A stretch of 64,000 bases of DNA. It comes from Acidobacteriota bacterium (GTDB lineage Bacteria; Acidobacteriota; Polarisedimenticolia; Gp22-AA2). The stretch covers positions 63,674 to 127,673 of the forward strand of contig QHXX01000021.1 of assembly GCA_003223135.1 (NCBI GenBank), read 5' to 3'. The position numbers and the translations under genes were made by a program. Of this stretch, positions 62,363 through 64,000 are shown piece by piece; the first letter of the stretch is position 1; every line of letters begins with the position of its first letter. The notes beneath the pieces are model-generated. The model ran no database searches. It was not told the origin of the DNA and saw only the letters and a program-made list of their open reading frames with translations.

Positions 62363-63357
62363 CAGCCCCACGTGCAGACGGCCGCACCCCAGGTGAGCCC
62401 GGTGCCGAAGGCCGCGAACAGGAGGTTGTCGCCCTTGCGTACCAGTCCCTTGCGCATCGCCTCGTCCAGGGCCACCGGAATCGAGGCGGCCGAGGTGTTT
62501 CCGACGCGCTCGATGTTGACATAGACCTGATCCTCGCGCAGCCCCAGACGGCTGCCCACAGCGTCGATGATCCGGCGGTTCGCCTGGTGGGGAATGAACA
62601 GGTTCACGTCCTGGGGCGTGAGGCCCGCCTTTTCCAGGACCGCGCGGGAGGTCTCTTCCATCGATCGCACCGCCATCTTGAAGGTTTCGTTGCCGCGCAT
62701 GCGGATGAAGTGCCGCCTCTCGGCCACGGTCCGCTCGGAGGCCGGCTCGCGCGTTCCGCCGGCGGGGACGTATATGAAATCCGCCATGCTGCCGTCCGCG
62801 TGCATGGAAGTGGCCAACACGCCGTAAGGCGCTTCGCCCGGGGTCAGGACCACTGCGCCGGCGCCGTCACCGAACAGCACGCAGGTGGCCCGGTCGCGCC
62901 AGTCCGTGAACTTCGACAGGAGCTCCGCGCCGATCACCAGGATGGCGCGGTAATCGCCCGACGCAACGAACCGCTCCGCCACCGCCAGCCCGTAGATGAA
63001 GCCGGAGCAGCCTGCCGCCAGGTCGAAGGCGGCCGCACCGGTTGCTCCCAGCCTGTCCTGGACGATGCAGGCGGTCGCCGGGATCGGCATGTCCGGCGTG
63101 ACCGTGGCGCAGATGATCAGGTCGACCTGGGAGGCGGGAAGGCCGGCGGAGCTGAGAGCCTGTTCGGCGGCGCGCGTGGCGAACTGGGACATGTACTCGT
63201 CGTCCGCTGCGATGCGCCGCTCGCGGATGCCGGTGCGCGTGGCGATCCAGTCGTCCGAGGTGTCGACCATCTTTTCCAGGTCTGCATTCGTCAGGACGCG
63301 ATCCGGCAGGGCCGACCCGGTGCCCCTGATGACCGCCCGCCTCTCACCTCGCGTCAT
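62359..63357 (-). CDS. fabH: 3-oxoacyl-ACP synthase III
   Basis: [29 protein letters not shown]. Confidence 0.96.
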   Translation of the reverse strand: MTRGERRAVIRGTGSALPDRVLTNADLEKMVDTSDDWIATRTGIRERRIAADDEYMSQFATRAAEQALSSAGLPASQVDLIICATVTPDMPIPATACIVQDRLGATGAAAFDLAAGCSGFIYGLAVAERFVASGDYRAILVIGAELLSKFTDWRDRATCVLFGDGAGAVVLTPGEAPYGVLATSMHADGSMADFIYVPAGGTREPASERTVAERRHFIRMRGNETFKMAVRSMEETSRAVLEKAGLTPQDVNLFIPHQANRRIIDAVGSRLGLREDQVYVNIERVGNTSAASIPVALDEAMRKGLVRKGDNLLFAAFGTGLTWGAAVCTWGW

Positions 63358-64000
63358 CGAGCCCCCCCATCCCCAGGTTCGTTCCGGCCGGAAGCGGCGC
63401 GCTCTGATCGCGGGCCGCCGTCATCCTGAGAATCTCGTCGTGGATGCGATCATTCACGCGGTTCCTCACGAACTCCTGCGTCACGCGCACGGCGTTCTTG
63501 ATGGCGCGCACCGACGACCCTCCGTGGCAGATGATGGCCGCCGCCCGGACTCCCAGGAGAGGCACGCCGCCATATTCGGCATAGTCGACCTTCTTGCGGA
63601 AATTGCGGAAGGCCGGTCGCGCCAGGATGTACCCCATCTTCGCGAGGAATGACTTCGAGATCTCCTCCTTCATGAAGTGCAGGATGGCCTCGGCGGCGCT
63701 CTCAACCGCTTTGAGCGACACGTTGCCGATGAAGCCGTCGCACACGATCACGTCCGCCTTGCCGTTGAAAATGTCGCGACCTTCCACGTTGCCGATGAAG
63801 TTCAGCGGCGCTTCCTTGAGGATGCGGAACGCCTCGCGCGTGACCTCGTTTCCCTTGGTGTCCTCTTCGCCGATGCTCAGCAGCCCGACGCGCGGCTGTC
63901 CCACACCCAGCACCTCTCGCGCGTACAGATGTCCCATGACCGCGAACTGCACGAGGTGCTCCGGTTTGCAGTCAATATTGGCGCCGACGTCCAGCCAAAC
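63344..64000 (-). CDS. plsX: phosphate acyltransferase PlsX (5' end outside window)
   Basis: [35 protein letters not shown]. Confidence 0.93.
   Translation of the reverse strand, partial: VWLDVGANIDCKPEHLVQFAVMGHLYAREVLGVGQPRVGLLSIGEEDTKGNEVTREAFRILKEAPLNFIGNVEGRDIFNGKADVIVCDGFIGNVSLKAVESAAEAILHFMKEEISKSFLAKMGYILARPAFRNFRKKVDYAEYGGVPLLGVRAAAIICHGGSSVRAIKNAVRVTQEFVRNRVNDRIHDEILRMTAARDQSAPLPAGTNLGMGGLDDAR

Overview
GC-rich bacterial chromosomal window, almost all minus-strand housekeeping and metabolic operons. The lineage is most likely Acidobacteriota, inferred from the TonB-receptor style and gene order. It holds about 60 CDS and 3 tRNAs (Arg-CCT, Pro-CGG, Pro-GGG); no CRISPR array, transposase or prophage was seen. 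Blocks in order: TonB-dependent receptor (partial); valS with a RomR-like response regulator and two CheW-like genes; a B12 acyl-CoA mutase with isobutyryl-CoA-mutase residues plus acyl-CoA dehydrogenase; lptC/A-lptB-rpoN-hpf; crotonase, hbd and thiolase; a DnaC-like ATPase; a dnaK-hsp20-dnaJ-hspR-sigma operon with a HAIR-like operator over a consensus promoter; DUF4388/TPR/DUF1844; mazG, accA, xerD, dtd, murJ, ssb; ggt; a disrupted apt/amidohydrolase junction; MaoC-CitE facing a split methylcrotonyl-CoA-carboxylase-like operon; rnd, dedA, surE; YfiR plus a TonB receptor with an internal stop; tdh-kbl; a permease-less PTS (hprK-rapZ-EIIA-HPr-EI); an archaeal-type (class II) GAPDH-like gene; and the fab/plsX cluster. 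Strongest leads: (1) myxobacterial-type polarity parts (RomR/CheW/valS, and a DUF4388-pseudopilin fusion with a TPR partner); (2) class II GAPDH in a bacterium; (3) an HspR/HAIR heat-shock operon with Hsp20 in the GrpE slot and an extra sigma factor; (4) branched-chain amino acid routes via an ICM-type mutase and a Mycobacterium-type (R)-HMG-CoA pathway. Family assignments come from motif recognition and recall; no database searches were run.
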